Below, piece after piece: positions 32,918 through 43,975 of a DNA stretch of 64,000 bases. The stretch lies in contig CAWJKZ010000024.1 of NCBI GenBank assembly GCA_963843575.1, positions 288,001 through 352,000 of the forward strand, given 5' to 3'. The first letter of the stretch is position 1, and every line of letters starts with the position of its first letter. The translations under genes were made by a program, and so were the position numbers. The notes under the pieces were generated by a model. The model was not told where the DNA came from. It saw only the letters and a list, made by a program, of their open reading frames with translations, and made no database searches. The DNA is from an uncultured Acidobacteriota bacterium (GTDB lineage: Bacteria; Acidobacteriota; UBA6911).

Positions 32918-33120
32918 CGCTCTTCCTCGTCGGGAGGGGGCTGGACCAGATCCTCGCCGTCTTCCTGCTCGTCTTCGCTCCGCACCGGTACCCGGTAGCT
33001 CCCGCTGGCCCAGTTTCCCAGGTCGATCAGCTTGCACCGCGCGCTGCAAAATGGCCGCGAGGGATTTCCCTCGTAATCCGCCATTGTCCCGCACTGTGGA
33101 CACCTGACCTTCCGGCTCAT
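32914..33120 (-). CDS. yacG: DNA gyrase inhibitor YacG
   Basis: [20 protein letters not shown]. Confidence 0.9.
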   Translation of the reverse strand: MSRKVRCPQCGTMADYEGNPSRPFCSARCKLIDLGNWASGSYRVPVRSEDEQEDGEDLVQPPPDEEER

Positions 33121-33160
33121 GTCTGAATCTTCCATCCCCTGCGGGGAGCGGCGGGTCCCG

Positions 33161-34510
33161 CTACCGGACGACGGTTCCCAGCAGGTCGTGCTCGAGGGCC
33201 TTGGTGACCCGCACGGTGCGGAACTCGCCCGCGCTCAACGGACCAGCCTCGGAGTCGTTGATCAGGCAGACCCCATCGATCTCCGGTGCCTGCGATTCCA
33301 GCCTGCCTTGCAGCAGGAGTTCGCTTTCCTGCGACGGCCCCTCGATCAGGATTGAGAATTCGCGACCGACCAGGGCCCGGTTCTTCCGGGCCGCGATCCT
33401 GGTCTGCTGCGCCATCAGGCGGCGCCGGCGCTTTTCGGCGACCGTGCCCGGGACCTTGTCGGAAAGCGCGAAGGCGCCCGTGTCCTCCTCGTCCGAGTAC
33501 ACGAACACACCCAGCCGGTCGAATTCCATTTTGCGGCAGAAGTCCTCGAGTTCCTCGAAATCGCTCTCCTGCTCCCCGGGGAACCCCACGATCATGGTCG
33601 TGCGGAAGGTGACCCCCGGGATGCCGGCCCGGACGTTTTCCACCATACGGGAAAGGGAATCCCGGTTGCCGCCGCGGCGCATAGCCTTGAGGACGGCGGC
33701 GCTGGCGTGCTGCAAAGGCATGTCGATGTACTTGCAGATTTTATCGCTCGAAGCGACTACCTGCATGAGGCGCGGGCTGACCAGGTTGGGATAGACGTAC
33801 AGGAACCGGATCCAGCGTATGCCCTCGACCCGGTCCAGGGCAGCCAGGAGTTCCGCGAGCCCGTCCTGCAACCCGAGATCGAGCCCGAAGCTGGTCGTGT
33901 CCTGAGAGACCAGGGTGATCTCCCGCACGCCCTGCCCCGCCAGGCGGCGTGCCTCCTCCACGATCGACGGGATGGTGCGGCTGCGGAACTTGCCCCGGAT
34001 TTTCGGGATGATGCAGAACGCGCACGTGTGGTCGCACCCCTCCGCGATTTTGATGTACGCGGTATAGCCCGGCGTGGCCAGCGCGCGGGGGGTGTTGTGG
34101 TCGTACAGGTAGAGGTCCGCGTCGCTCCGGCCGAAGGAGGCCGGCGGGAGCACCGGGTCGCCGGCCACGGCGCGGGCGATCTGCTCTATCTGGTTGATCC
34201 CGAGGATGGCGTCGACCTCGACCAGATCGGACTGGATCTGCCTCGGGTATCTTTCGGCCAGACACCCTGTTACGACCAGGCGGCGGCAGGCCCCGTCCTG
34301 CTTGAGCCGGGCGGCTTCCAGGATCGTGTCGATCGACTCGCGCTTAGCGCCGTCGATGAAGCTGCAGGTGTTGACGACCAGCACGTCCGCCTCGGAGCGA
34401 TCGGTGGTGATCGTGTGTCCTTCTTTCTGCAGCAGGCCGAGCATCACCTCGCTGTCGACCAGATTCTTGGGACACCCCAGGCTGATGAAACCGATCTTGG
34501 CCACCCTCAC
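33161..34510 (-). CDS. rimO: Ribosomal protein S12 methylthiotransferase
   Basis: [28 protein letters not shown] radical SAM motif, QAPEIDG TRAM domain. Confidence 0.95.
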   Translation of the reverse strand: MRVAKIGFISLGCPKNLVDSEVMLGLLQKEGHTITTDRSEADVLVVNTCSFIDGAKRESIDTILEAARLKQDGACRRLVVTGCLAERYPRQIQSDLVEVDAILGINQIEQIARAVAGDPVLPPASFGRSDADLYLYDHNTPRALATPGYTAYIKIAEGCDHTCAFCIIPKIRGKFRSRTIPSIVEEARRLAGQGVREITLVSQDTTSFGLDLGLQDGLAELLAALDRVEGIRWIRFLYVYPNLVSPRLMQVVASSDKICKYIDMPLQHASAAVLKAMRRGGNRDSLSRMVENVRAGIPGVTFRTTMIVGFPGEQESDFEELEDFCRKMEFDRLGVFVYSDEEDTGAFALSDKVPGTVAEKRRRRLMAQQTRIAARKNRALVGREFSILIEGPSQESELLLQGRLESQAPEIDGVCLINDSEAGPLSAGEFRTVRVTKALEHDLLGTVVR

Positions 34511-34559
34511 GCCCCCGAAAACAAGAAATAGTAGGCTGTCCCACCCCCCCCGATCAAGA

Positions 34560-34757
34560 CCTATGGAGTGCGGCGCCTCGGCGCCGCTTTACGTTCAGGA
34601 CCCGGACGGCGGCGAGTTGCTCGCCGGCGCCGACAGGATCGGGGACGCCGCCCGAGTAAGGCCTATGGAGTGCGGCGCCTCGGCGCCGCTTTACGTTCAG
34701 GACCCGGACGGCGCCGAGGCGCCGGCACCAAAGCGGCGTCAAGCCGCCGCACTCCAA
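34560..34757. repeat. REP-like family B composite with a 52-bp direct duplication
   Basis: 34560-34611 = 34662-34713; right end AAAGCGGCGTCAAGCCGCCGCACTCCAAA. Confidence 0.85.
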
Positions 34758-36570
34758 AATTCGGGGAACCGGTCTCGTCCGGGAGCTTGTCGAACCAGTT
34801 CCACTTCAGGATCGCCGTCGTGACCAGCAGCACCAGGACCGAGATCCACAGGGCTTTCCAGCTGCGGAAGACCGCATAGACCGGGATCGCCCAGAGCGGA
34901 ATCTGCCAGACCATCGCGACGACGCAGTTGGTCATGTCGCGCGCAAAGCTGGTGTTGCGCCGGAACTCGGGGTCCTCGCGCGCAACCGCCGCGTGGACAG
35001 GCTGCCAGAAGCCCCAGGGGCGCACGTTCTTGTAGAAACTCTTCAGGATCGCCTCGTCCTCCGGCCTGGTGAGCAGGCTCCCCGCGATGCAACCGAGCGT
35101 CGAGAGCCCCAGGATGATGGGGAAACCGGCCAGGGAGCCGAGTCCGGAACCGGGGAACATGCCGGGGACGATCAGGGCAGAGGCGATGCCGGCCAGCATT
35201 CCCCAGAAATACCCGAAGCCGTTCAACCTGTACCAATGCCACTTGAGCACGTTCGCGGCTGTGTAGCCGCCCCACAGACCGTTGACCAGCCACTGGGTCA
35301 CCTGGTTGACCGACTGCGTCATGAAGCCAAACCCGAACCCGAGCGCCAGGATCCCGGCCTGCGCGACATAGCTCGCGACCACGTAGTGCCGGTTTGAAGC
35401 CTTGGGCCTGAGATAGCGCTTGTACAGGTCGTTCACCAGGTATGCGCCCCCGGCGTTCAGGGTCGCGGAAAAGGTCGACATGAACGCGGCGAGCAGGCCG
35501 GCGAGCAGCAATCCGACGAGACCCACAGGAACGAACTGCTGTATGACGTACGGCAGGACCATCTCGAAATCGACCTTGCCGCCCCCCGTCCGGAAGACCG
35601 GGCTGAGATACTTGATGCCGAGCGCCGTGATGCCGGCGACGAAGATCCAGCGGGGGAACAGGCACGCCGAGACGACGCCGCTCATCAGGCTCGCCTCGCG
35701 CGGGTTTCGGGCCGCCAGGATGCGTTGCATGTCGTAGTTCGGCGCCGGCCCGGCGATGCTGACCAGCATGCCCTTGAACACCATGGCCATGAAGAAGAAG
35801 CCGAAAAACGAGTAGCCGTCCTCGACGAGGTTCTGCGACAGGGACGGGATGAGGTTGGACCAGTCCAGGTCCAGCTTCCATCCGAACAGGAGGTCCCCCC
35901 ACCCGGCCGGGACGAGGGCGCGCACCTCCGCCGGCGCGACCCGCGCCATCGCGATGCCCGCGATGAGCACGGAGCTTGCCGCCATGATGAAGAACTGCGC
36001 CAGGTCGGTGATCACAACGCTGATCATGCCGCCCAGCAGCACGTAGACGGAGGTGACGCCCATGATGACCAGCGCGTAGGTGTTGGGCGACCAGTCCCAG
36101 GGCAGGAAGGTGGCCGAGAACTTCCCCATGCCCTGGAAGTCGTAGGCTATGAACCCGACGACGCTCACCAGGGCGAACACGACGATGATGATCCGGGAGA
36201 GTTCGCCCCCGCGCCCCGCGCCGAATCGCGTCGTGATCCACTCGGCCCCGGTCAGCACTCCCGACCGGCGCACCCAGCTTGCCAGGTAGACCATGAGGAT
36301 CACCTGGTTGAAGGTGGGCCAGAGCCATGGGAGCCAGGTGCCTTTCAGCCCGTACACGAACAGGTTGTAGACGAGCCACATCGTTCCCGTGATGTCCCAC
36401 ATGGCCGAGGCGTTCGAGATCCCGAGCACCCACCACGGGAGGACGTTGCCCGCCAGGAAGTAGGAGTCCATGCTCTTGGACGCCCGCCTCATGACGGCGA
36501 CGCCGATGGCAATCATCGACACGAAATATGCGAGAATGATGGTGAGATCGACCCAGTTCATTTTCGACAC
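34663..36570 (-). CDS. Sodium:solute symporter (SSS) family transporter
   Basis: YFLAG..LPWW, GG...VV.TD..Q, MQRILAA, AAFMST.S..LN; ~13 TM segments. Confidence 0.9.
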   Translation of the reverse strand: MSKMNWVDLTIILAYFVSMIAIGVAVMRRASKSMDSYFLAGNVLPWWVLGISNASAMWDITGTMWLVYNLFVYGLKGTWLPWLWPTFNQVILMVYLASWVRRSGVLTGAEWITTRFGAGRGGELSRIIIVVFALVSVVGFIAYDFQGMGKFSATFLPWDWSPNTYALVIMGVTSVYVLLGGMISVVITDLAQFFIMAASSVLIAGIAMARVAPAEVRALVPAGWGDLLFGWKLDLDWSNLIPSLSQNLVEDGYSFFGFFFMAMVFKGMLVSIAGPAPNYDMQRILAARNPREASLMSGVVSACLFPRWIFVAGITALGIKYLSPVFRTGGGKVDFEMVLPYVIQQFVPVGLVGLLLAGLLAAFMSTFSATLNAGGAYLVNDLYKRYLRPKASNRHYVVASYVAQAGILALGFGFGFMTQSVNQVTQWLVNGLWGGYTAANVLKWHWYRLNGFGYFWGMLAGIASALIVPGMFPGSGLGSLAGFPIILGLSTLGCIAGSLLTRPEDEAILKSFYKNVRPWGFWQPVHAAVAREDPEFRRNTSFARDMTNCVVAMVWQIPLWAIPVYAVFRSWKALWISVLVLLVTTAILKWNWFDKLPDETGSPNFGVRRLDAALVPAPRRRPGPERKAAPRRRTP

Positions 36571-36677
36571 GGAGCCCTCCGCGCGAGAGTTCGGTCACAC
36601 TTTGTGGGCGATTCTGGCGTATTTGTCGCGAATCCGCGAGGGCTTTCTGGGGCTGCTGGATTTCGCTGGGGGGTGCG

Positions 36678-37160
36678 ATGGCAAGCGACGACATGTCACG
36701 CCGATTCATGGATCGGGTTGTCGGGCTGGCGCTGGAAAATGTCCGTACGGGCCGAGGGGGGCCTTTTGCCGCCCTGGTTGTCAAGGACGGCGCCGTCCTG
36801 GCGTGCGGTGCCAACGCCGTTACCGCCACCAACGACCCCACCGCGCACGCCGAGATCGTGGCTATCCGCCAGGCGTGCCGCGACCTGCACGCCTTTCAGC
36901 TCCCGGGGTGCGACATCTACGCGAGCTGCGAGCCCTGCCCCATGTGCCTGGGCGCGATCTACTGGGCGCGGCCGGCCCGCGTCTTTTTCGGGGCGTCGCG
37001 CCTGGACGCCTCGGCGGCCGGGTTCGACGACTCGCTCATCTACGAGCAACTGGCTCTTCCCGCGGAGCGCCGGAGGATCCCGATGTCCCGCATCGAGTGC
37101 GCCGCGGCTCTCGCTCCCTTTGACGAGTGGGCTCGTGCGGCCACCCGCGTGCAATACTGA
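36678..37160 (+). CDS. Nucleoside/nucleobase deaminase (cytidine-deaminase fold, guanine-deaminase-like)
   Basis: GGPF, NDPTAHAE, SCEPCPMCLGAIYW, GFDD. Confidence 0.88.
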   Translation: MASDDMSRRFMDRVVGLALENVRTGRGGPFAALVVKDGAVLACGANAVTATNDPTAHAEIVAIRQACRDLHAFQLPGCDIYASCEPCPMCLGAIYWARPARVFFGASRLDASAAGFDDSLIYEQLALPAERRRIPMSRIECAAALAPFDEWARAATRVQY

Positions 37161-37288
37161 CGGAGCGGCCGGCGGCTGAGCCGTCGAACTCGCCTCGAAG
37201 GGCCGAGTACTCGAGTGGACTCGAAGAGCCGCGGTGGCTGGGGGTGCAAGCGAGCGCGCGCTCGCATCGGATCATTGCGGGCCCAGGT

Positions 37289-39505
37289 TCACTGCGACGC
37301 CTGGCCGGGCGGGCGATTCTCCGGGGCCGCGGCGGGCCGCCGCGGCCCACTCAGTTTCTTCATCGAGTTCAGGATCCGCCGCGCCTCGGCGAGGTCCTCG
37401 TCGGAGCTTCCCGGTCCGAATCGCATCCGATAGTAAATGCCGGTCAGGGCGGTGAGGTCCGGGCGTACCGGGTGCGCGCCGAGGTCCGCCGCAAACTCGA
37501 GGGGCGTCTGGCCGCGGCGGCGGCGCAGGCCATGTCGCTCCAGGAGCCGCATCGCTTCCGCATAGAAGCTCTCGATCACCGACGCACGGTCGGCGGGAAA
37601 CACCAACCGGCGCAGGGACCGTTTCAGCGCGGGCAGCCACCGGGAGCGCATCCGGAACATCAGGAGGCACACGACGGCCGTGGCGGCGGCCCCGCCCGCC
37701 TGCAGGGACGACCACCGCCGGTTCAAGGCGGCGTCGATGCCGGCCGAGATGCCCTGGCGTGCGCTCCGCCAGGCGCGCACGGCCCGGTCGCCCACCTGAC
37801 GCTCCGTCCAGGCACGGACCGAGCGCACGAGCTGAAACTGCTTGAGCAGATCGTAGTTGACCACCTCCTCCGACCACCACAACCCGACGGCGTCCGCCAG
37901 GTTGGAGAGCATGCGGGTGAAGCGGCGTCCCGGGCGCTGCGGATCCGGGGGGGTGGGGTCGAATTCCACCCAGCCGTAGGGCGCGAAATATGCTTCCACC
38001 CAGCTGTGCGCGTCGTACTGTCGGACGATCCAGTCCTTCCCGAGGCTGTTGTACTCTCCCGAACGGAACCCGTTGACCAGGCGTGCGGGGATCCCGACCT
38101 TCCGGAGCATGAGCGCCATGGCCGTGGCGAAGTATTCGCAGTGTCCCCTGCGTACGACGAACAGGAAGCCCGCGACCGGGTCGCCCCCTTCGGGCGTGCC
38201 GCTCATCTCCAGGGTGTACCCGAAGTTCGTGCGCAGATAGGCTTCCAGCGCGAGCGCCTTGCGGTACGGGTGTTTCTCCTGGCGCGTGACCTCGGCGGCG
38301 AGTATGCCGATGCGCGGGTCCAGGCGCGGGAGCTGCAGTGCGGTCGCGCGGATGCTTTCCTCCAGCGGCCCGGGGATTTCGGGAATGAGTGCGGGATCCG
38401 GACGCACGATTTCCGAAAGTACCGAGTAGCGGAGCTTGCTGAACGGGTGGCGCGAGGTGAAGAGATTGTCGGAGGCGTCGCGGCTCAGGGCTCCGATTTC
38501 CCGTGAAACCGCGAGTGCCCGGTGGCTGCCGAAAACCACCTCGGTCGAAAGCGCCTCGAGGAAGTAGGTCTGCCAGAGGGTCTCCGGCCCATAGGTCGAC
38601 TCCTCCAGCTTGTAGTATCCGCTGTCGGCCGCCAGGGCCCTTCGCCCCAGGCGGCTCCGGCTCCAGGCCCGCCCGTCGTAGTGGTCGAGCGCCACGCCTC
38701 GCCACTTGAGGTCGGCCGGGAGGTTCGGCGTCCCCTCGCCGAGCCGGACCCGCATCACCATCGCGTCCGACAGTTTGATGTGGCCCAGTTCCCCCAGTTC
38801 CACCCGCTCCGAAAACCCGCTCATGAACTGCGTTCGGCCGGGCGGCCGCTTGTAGATCCCGAGCGACACACGTGGAAGCACCAGGAACAACGGCACCGAC
38901 AGCAGGAGGATCAGCAGGGTCACCGCGACCGACATCGCCGTCATGGCCCGCGACGGGAACGACGAGAAGAGCTCCAGCCCGGTGCCCTGCATGGCCCGCG
39001 GCACCACCACGGGTTGGATTCGCGCGTGGCGCAACGCCCGCGCGTTGCTCCGCCGCATTTCGTACAGGATGAGCGTGGTCACGCCTGAAAATACGAAGAC
39101 GAGCAGCGATACGGCGAACGTGAGATCGATCGTCAGGGTCGAGGCGGCGAGGAGCTCGGCGAAGCTGATCAGGTACAGGTAGGCGTAATCCCTGTCCGTG
39201 GCCCGCGTCAGGACCTTGACCGTTGCCATCAGGAAGATGAGGTGAATCGTGCTGACGACGAACGAGCGCGAGATCACCTTGAGGTCGAGCAGGTAGACGG
39301 GGAGGTAGGCGACCACCACGCAGTTCAACACCCATGACGGCAGCCTGCGGTGCAGGCGTTCCGTGTCGACGAACCAGCTGGCGATCAGTGCCGAGCCGAA
39401 CAGGACGATGGAAAACAGGTCGATGGCTCCGGTGGCGGCAATCGCCGCGAAGCCCGAGGTCATCAGACAATACGACGATATTTTAAAGTAGCGCGCGTAA
39501 GTCAT
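37289..39505 (-). CDS. Membrane transglutaminase-like protein (TgpA-like: DUF3488 + TGase + DUF4129)
   Basis: N-terminal TM segments; catalytic triad motifs GHCEYFATA, HSWVE, FDPTP; TPLEF. Confidence 0.9.
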   Translation of the reverse strand: MTYARYFKISSYCLMTSGFAAIAATGAIDLFSIVLFGSALIASWFVDTERLHRRLPSWVLNCVVVAYLPVYLLDLKVISRSFVVSTIHLIFLMATVKVLTRATDRDYAYLYLISFAELLAASTLTIDLTFAVSLLVFVFSGVTTLILYEMRRSNARALRHARIQPVVVPRAMQGTGLELFSSFPSRAMTAMSVAVTLLILLLSVPLFLVLPRVSLGIYKRPPGRTQFMSGFSERVELGELGHIKLSDAMVMRVRLGEGTPNLPADLKWRGVALDHYDGRAWSRSRLGRRALAADSGYYKLEESTYGPETLWQTYFLEALSTEVVFGSHRALAVSREIGALSRDASDNLFTSRHPFSKLRYSVLSEIVRPDPALIPEIPGPLEESIRATALQLPRLDPRIGILAAEVTRQEKHPYRKALALEAYLRTNFGYTLEMSGTPEGGDPVAGFLFVVRRGHCEYFATAMALMLRKVGIPARLVNGFRSGEYNSLGKDWIVRQYDAHSWVEAYFAPYGWVEFDPTPPDPQRPGRRFTRMLSNLADAVGLWWSEEVVNYDLLKQFQLVRSVRAWTERQVGDRAVRAWRSARQGISAGIDAALNRRWSSLQAGGAAATAVVCLLMFRMRSRWLPALKRSLRRLVFPADRASVIESFYAEAMRLLERHGLRRRRGQTPLEFAADLGAHPVRPDLTALTGIYYRMRFGPGSSDEDLAEARRILNSMKKLSGPRRPAAAPENRPPGQASQ
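37322..37352 (-). repeat. REP-like family C copy within the 3' end of the transglutaminase ORF
   Basis: 30/31 identical to 23052-23082. Confidence 0.75.
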
Positions 39506-40906
39506 AACTCGCCGAAGTAGACCACGTGCGACGAACGCCAGATCGCGGAGGGGAAGCTCCCCCGGGGCCTGGACGTGATGATGATCTTGAACACCTTCTC
39601 CGACAGGATTTCCTGAAGTTGCGTCCCGCTCAAAATGCCCGAGAGCTCCCTGTGCAGATCCGCCGCGGCCCCCGGCGGCGCGGCCTCCCGGGCGACCACG
39701 GCGAGCGACCTGAGTATCCGGTAGAGGTGCCCCGTCCCGGCGCCCCTCGGGATGTATTCGCGGGGGGTGAGGAACTCCAGCTCGGCTCCCTCTTCGGAGA
39801 AGTTGCCGGCCAGGCTGGCGGCGAGCGACACGGCTTTCTCAAACCGTTCCGCGCCAGCCTCGCCGAGGGCGCTCGCGTCCAGGTAGGTGTCGAGGATCAG
39901 GCAGAACTTGCTTTCCTCTTCGCGCGCGTATTCGCGCGCCATGAGCTCTCCGGTCTTGGCCGTCGCCTTCCAGTCGACCAGCCGGGCGCTCTCCCCGTCC
40001 CGGTATTTTCGAATCGAATAGAGGCTCTCGCCCTGACCCGGGTGGAGCCCTTCGAGCCTGCCGGGAAGGAACGGGAGCAGGTGAAAGTAGGACGACACGG
40101 CCAGGATCGCGGGGTACACGAGGATTTCACCCTCGGCGCGTACGCGCTCGCCGCGCAGGAAGAACCCGAACGGGAAGCGCGTCGAAATGCGGTACCCTTC
40201 CAGCCCGTAGCGCCCGCGCCGCGGGAAGGATTGCGCCACCAGCTCCGACCGCGTCTCACCCGGCGTGGACCAGCGGGAAAGTAGGCGGAATGCCTGAGGA
40301 CGGAGCCGGGGTGGAGCGCCTGGTCCGGCGGCTTGTGCGCGAAGCCGCGTCTCAGCCGCGCGAACCACGAGCCGGCGCCGTCCGGACCCAGCCCGTCCAC
40401 CGAAATCGAAAACGACGGGAGCAGCCGCTTGCGGTTGCGCAGCGACACCTTAATCCAGACCCGTTCGCCCTCGAAGACATTCTCGGGGACCTGCATGGAC
40501 ACCGAAACGCCGGCGAGCGACATGCGGGCGACGATCCCGGAGGTGATGATGGCCGCGAGCAGCATGGCGAGGATGAGAAACAGGAGGTTGTTCCCGGTGT
40601 TGATCGCGGCCAGCGAGAGCAGCAGGACCGAGAGGATGTAGATTCCTCCCTCGCGCGTTATGCTGAAAGAAAACGGCAGGAACCGGCCCAGCTCGACGCG
40701 CCGGGCGATGCGGGGCACGCAGGAACACGGCCGTGGCGGCGGCCAGCAGCAGCGCCGCGGCCGAGAACAAGATCGCGCGGGCCCCGTCGCCGTTCCGCAC
40801 GGCCGACTGGGAGCCCAGCGCGAAGCACGCAGGGCCACGCCGAGCAGCGCCATCGCGCTGAAGAAATCCCTCAGCGCACCGTGTCTCGAGGGCCGGGCCG
40901 GGGCAT
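39502..40906 (-). CDS. DUF58 domain protein (frameshifted)
   Basis: AAINTGNNLL, RGRY....STRFPFG, IRKY..G...R.VDWKATAK, FEKAVS.AAS. Confidence 0.85.
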
Positions 40907-41862
40907 CAGAGCGGGACTTCGACGACCCGAAGAATTTCAGCAAGAATCGCCTCGGCTTCTTCATTTCGCTTGTGGGCGGAGGAGTACTTGGAGCTGACGA
41001 TGACCCGGTGGGCAAGGACCGGCAGGACGAGCCGCTTGATGTCGTCTGGGATGCAGTAGTCCCGCCCCTCGTAATAGGCCAGGGCCTGCGCTGCCCGGTG
41101 CAGGGCCAGCGAGCCGCGCGGGCTCACGCCGATGAGGAGGAACTCCGACCGGCGCGTGGCGTCGACGATGGTCATGATGTAGTCGAGCAGAGAGTCGTCC
41201 ACCCGCACCTCGGCGACGGCGGCCTGCGCCTCCAGCACGTCGGCGGCGGTGAGCACCGGTGCGATCCGGTCCGTCGCCGGCCTGTGATTGCGGCGCCTCA
41301 GGATCTCCTTCTCCGCGCCCGCGTCGGGGTACCCCATCCGGATGCGCAGCAGGAACCTGTCCAGCTGCGATTCGGGGAGCGGATACGTTCCGTGGTGCTC
41401 GACGGGATTCTGGGTCGCAACCACCATGAACGGCTGCGGCAGCGCGTAGGTGTGGCTGTCGACGCTCACCCGCCCCTCGCTCATCGCCTCCAGCAGGGCG
41501 CTCTGGGTCTTCGGTGTCGTGCGGTTGATCTCGTCGGCCAGAACGATGTTGGCGAAAATCGGGCCGCGTCGGAACTCGAAGCTCTGGTCGTCCTGCCTGA
41601 AGACGGAGACGCCCAGGATGTCGGAGGGCAGCAGGTCGCTGGTGAACTGGATCCGGCGGAAGGTGCAGTCGAATGCGCGGGCGAGCGAGTGTGCGAGCGT
41701 GGTCTTGCCCACCCCGGGCACGTCCTCGATCAGCAGGTGCCCGCCCGACAGGAGGCAGATCAGGGCGAGCTTCACGGGCTCCGTCTTGCCGCGGACAACC
41801 GTCTCGATGGCGTCCTGCAGCTTGCGGATCTTGGGTTCGAGTTCAACCGCCCTGGACATCAA
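40906..41862 (-). CDS. MoxR-family AAA+ ATPase
   Basis: EDVPGVGKT, RIQFTSDLLPSD, ADEINR, ATQNP.E..GTYPLPE.QLDRF. Confidence 0.93.
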   Translation of the reverse strand: MMSRAVELEPKIRKLQDAIETVVRGKTEPVKLALICLLSGGHLLIEDVPGVGKTTLAHSLARAFDCTFRRIQFTSDLLPSDILGVSVFRQDDQSFEFRRGPIFANIVLADEINRTTPKTQSALLEAMSEGRVSVDSHTYALPQPFMVVATQNPVEHHGTYPLPESQLDRFLLRIRMGYPDAGAEKEILRRRNHRPATDRIAPVLTAADVLEAQAAVAEVRVDDSLLDYIMTIVDATRRSEFLLIGVSPRGSLALHRAAQALAYYEGRDYCIPDDIKRLVLPVLAHRVIVSSKYSSAHKRNEEAEAILAEILRVVEVPL

Positions 41863-41922
41863 AAATCACCCGAAAGTCTAAGTATCGACCGCAGCCCTAG
41901 TATACATCTCGGGAATCCGATT

Positions 41923-42060
41923 TGGAGTGCGGCGCCTCGGCGCCGCTTTCACTGGCGTGCACCGGCCGATATGCCCGGCGCCTCCGCGCCGCTTCGACAA
42001 GCGGGAGCGCCTCGGCGCCGGGGCACCGCCGCCAAAGCGGCGGCGGGCCGAAGCACTCCA
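41923..42060. repeat. REP-like family B composite element
   Basis: TGGAGTGCGGCGCCTCGGCGCCGCTTT ... AAAGCGGCGG..GCACTCCA. Confidence 0.8.
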
Positions 42061-42064
42061 TGGG

Positions 42065-43096
42065 TCAGAACAGCTTTTTCTGGTCTCCGGGGCGGGTGAC
42101 GTGAAAGTGCTCGAAAGCCTTGCGGGTGGCGGTTCGCCCTCGGGGGGTCCGGTCCAGGAAGCCGATCTGGATCAGGTACGGTTCGTAGATGTCTTCGATC
42201 GAATCTTCGTCCTCGTTGATCGCGGCCGAGAGGGAGCCGACGCCGACCGGGCCGCCGTTGTATTTCTCGATGATGGTGAGCATGAGCTTGCGGTCGATCT
42301 CGTCGAACCCGTGTATGTCGACGTCCATCATGCCGAGGGCGTCCATGGCGACCTGGCGGGTGATGCGGCCGTCGGCGCGCACCTCGGCGTAGTCGCGCAC
42401 GCGGCGCAGGAGACGGTTGGCGACCCGCGGAGTACCCCGGCTGCGGGAGGCGATCTCCATGGCGCCTTCCTCGTCGATAGTCACCCCGAGGGTCTCGGCC
42501 GACTGGCGCACGATGATCCGCAGGTCGTCGCTGGAATAGAACTCGAGCCGGTGGATGATCCCGAAGCGCGCCCGCAGCGGCGCGGTCAGCAACCCGGCCC
42601 GCGTCGTCGCGCCGACCAGGGTGAAGCGGGGCAGGGGCATCTTGATGCTCCGCGCGCCCGGCCCCTCGCCGATCATGATGTCGATGTAGAAGTCTTCCAT
42701 CGCGGGGTAGAGGATCTCCTCGATGGCGGGGTGCAGCCGGTGGATCTCGTCGATGAACAGGACGTCGTTCGGCTTGAGATTCGTCAGGATCGCGGCGAGG
42801 TCGCCGCGCTTCTCGATGATGGGTCCGCTCGTCGTCCGGATGCTCACCCCCATCTCCGATGCCACGATCGTCGCCAGCGTGGTCTTGCCGAGCCCCGGCG
42901 GGCCGTACAGGAGCACGTGATCGAGCGCCTCGCCCCGCTTCAGGGCGGCCCGGATGCTGATGTCGATGTTCTCCTTGACCTTCGGCTGCCCGATGTACTG
43001 ACGCAGGTTCTGCGGCCGCAGGCTCAGCTCGAAGGAGTGTTCTTCGGCCCGGGGAACGGGGTTCAGCAGGCTGTTGGAGTGGCTCGGGGAGGGCAT
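42065..43096 (-). CDS. ruvB: Holliday junction branch migration helicase
   Basis: [50 protein letters not shown]. Confidence 0.97.
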   Translation of the reverse strand: MPSPSHSNSLLNPVPRAEEHSFELSLRPQNLRQYIGQPKVKENIDISIRAALKRGEALDHVLLYGPPGLGKTTLATIVASEMGVSIRTTSGPIIEKRGDLAAILTNLKPNDVLFIDEIHRLHPAIEEILYPAMEDFYIDIMIGEGPGARSIKMPLPRFTLVGATTRAGLLTAPLRARFGIIHRLEFYSSDDLRIIVRQSAETLGVTIDEEGAMEIASRSRGTPRVANRLLRRVRDYAEVRADGRITRQVAMDALGMMDVDIHGFDEIDRKLMLTIIEKYNGGPVGVGSLSAAINEDEDSIEDIYEPYLIQIGFLDRTPRGRTATRKAFEHFHVTRPGDQKKLF

Positions 43097-43109
43097 GTCT
43101 CAGAAACTT

Positions 43110-43715
43110 TCAGCCGGCCAGCCGACGCAGGGTGTGCCGGAGCAGGTCTTCAAAGGTTCGTTTGCAGTCGCCGGAGCGCAGGACGGAGGCCAGCGCCTTC
43201 TCCGCCCCGGGCTTCGGATACCCGAGGTTCACCAGGGCCGAGAGGATGTCCTCCTGCAAGCCGTCTGCCTTCGCCGGCTCGCGCGCGGAGTCCTGCGGTC
43301 CCGGGGCCAGGAATGGGGCGATCTGGTTCTTGAGTTCGAGGATGACCCGTTCCCCTGTCTTGCGGCCCACCCCGGGGATGGCCGTGAGGCGGCCGAGGTC
43401 GGCGTCGGCGATGGCCTGTGCGAGTTCCTCGACCCTGGCGCCGGACAGTATCGAGATCGCCAGTTTGGGGCCGATGCCGCTGATGGTGAGCAGCTTGAGA
43501 AAGAACTCCTTCTCGCGTTGCGACTTGAAGCCGAAGAGCGTGAAGGCGTCCTCGCGCACGTGGGTGTGAATCTTGAGGATGACCTCCGTCCCCTCCGCGG
43601 GGAGCTCGTAGAAGCTCGTCAGCGGGATGTGGACCTCGTAGCCCACCCCGTGCACGTCCACCAGGACGAGGTTGGGTTTCTTCTGCAGCAATTGCCCCCT
43701 GAGCTGTCCGATCAT
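43110..43715 (-). CDS. ruvA: Holliday junction DNA-binding protein
   Basis: MIGQLRG, GVGYEV, VREDA..LFGF, HhH motifs GIGPK and PGVGRK, ALVNLGY. Confidence 0.96.
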   Translation of the reverse strand: MIGQLRGQLLQKKPNLVLVDVHGVGYEVHIPLTSFYELPAEGTEVILKIHTHVREDAFTLFGFKSQREKEFFLKLLTISGIGPKLAISILSGARVEELAQAIADADLGRLTAIPGVGRKTGERVILELKNQIAPFLAPGPQDSAREPAKADGLQEDILSALVNLGYPKPGAEKALASVLRSGDCKRTFEDLLRHTLRRLAG

Positions 43716-43786
43716 CGGTGCGTAAACATAGCACAACCCCAGCGCCGTTCGATAGTGGGCGGGGAGTTCACGCGGGCCGGGCTTCA

Positions 43787-43975
43787 GAGGCTGTCCGACG
43801 GTTGACTGACCGCCTTAAACGCAAAACAAGTGGGTCCGGGCTTCAGCCCGGACGCAGTTTGCGGTCGCTGTCGAGTGCAACTGTTGCTGAACAGCGCAGA
43901 TCTAAAGACGTCCGGGCTGAAGCCCGGACCCACTTGGATTATGTTTGGATCGGGCGCCAGTCGTTGGACAGCCTC
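43787..43975. mobile_element. Putative 189-bp MITE (TIR GAGGCTGTCC, TSD TTCA) carrying a REP doublet
   Basis: 10-bp perfect (13/14) TIRs; TTCA at 43783-43786 and 43976-43979; flanks rejoin into a REP hairpin. Confidence 0.6.
43827..43936. repeat. REP-like family A inverted doublet, 110 bp
   Basis: Perfect 28-bp inverted repeats, as at 24862. Confidence 0.9.

Noticed and set aside
34560-34757. CRISPR-like repeat-spacer-repeat
   Set aside because: Only two 52-bp copies, derived from a dispersed REP family, and no cas genes.
37289-41862. MoxR-DUF58-transglutaminase as a novel system
   Set aside because: A well-known, widespread gene triad.
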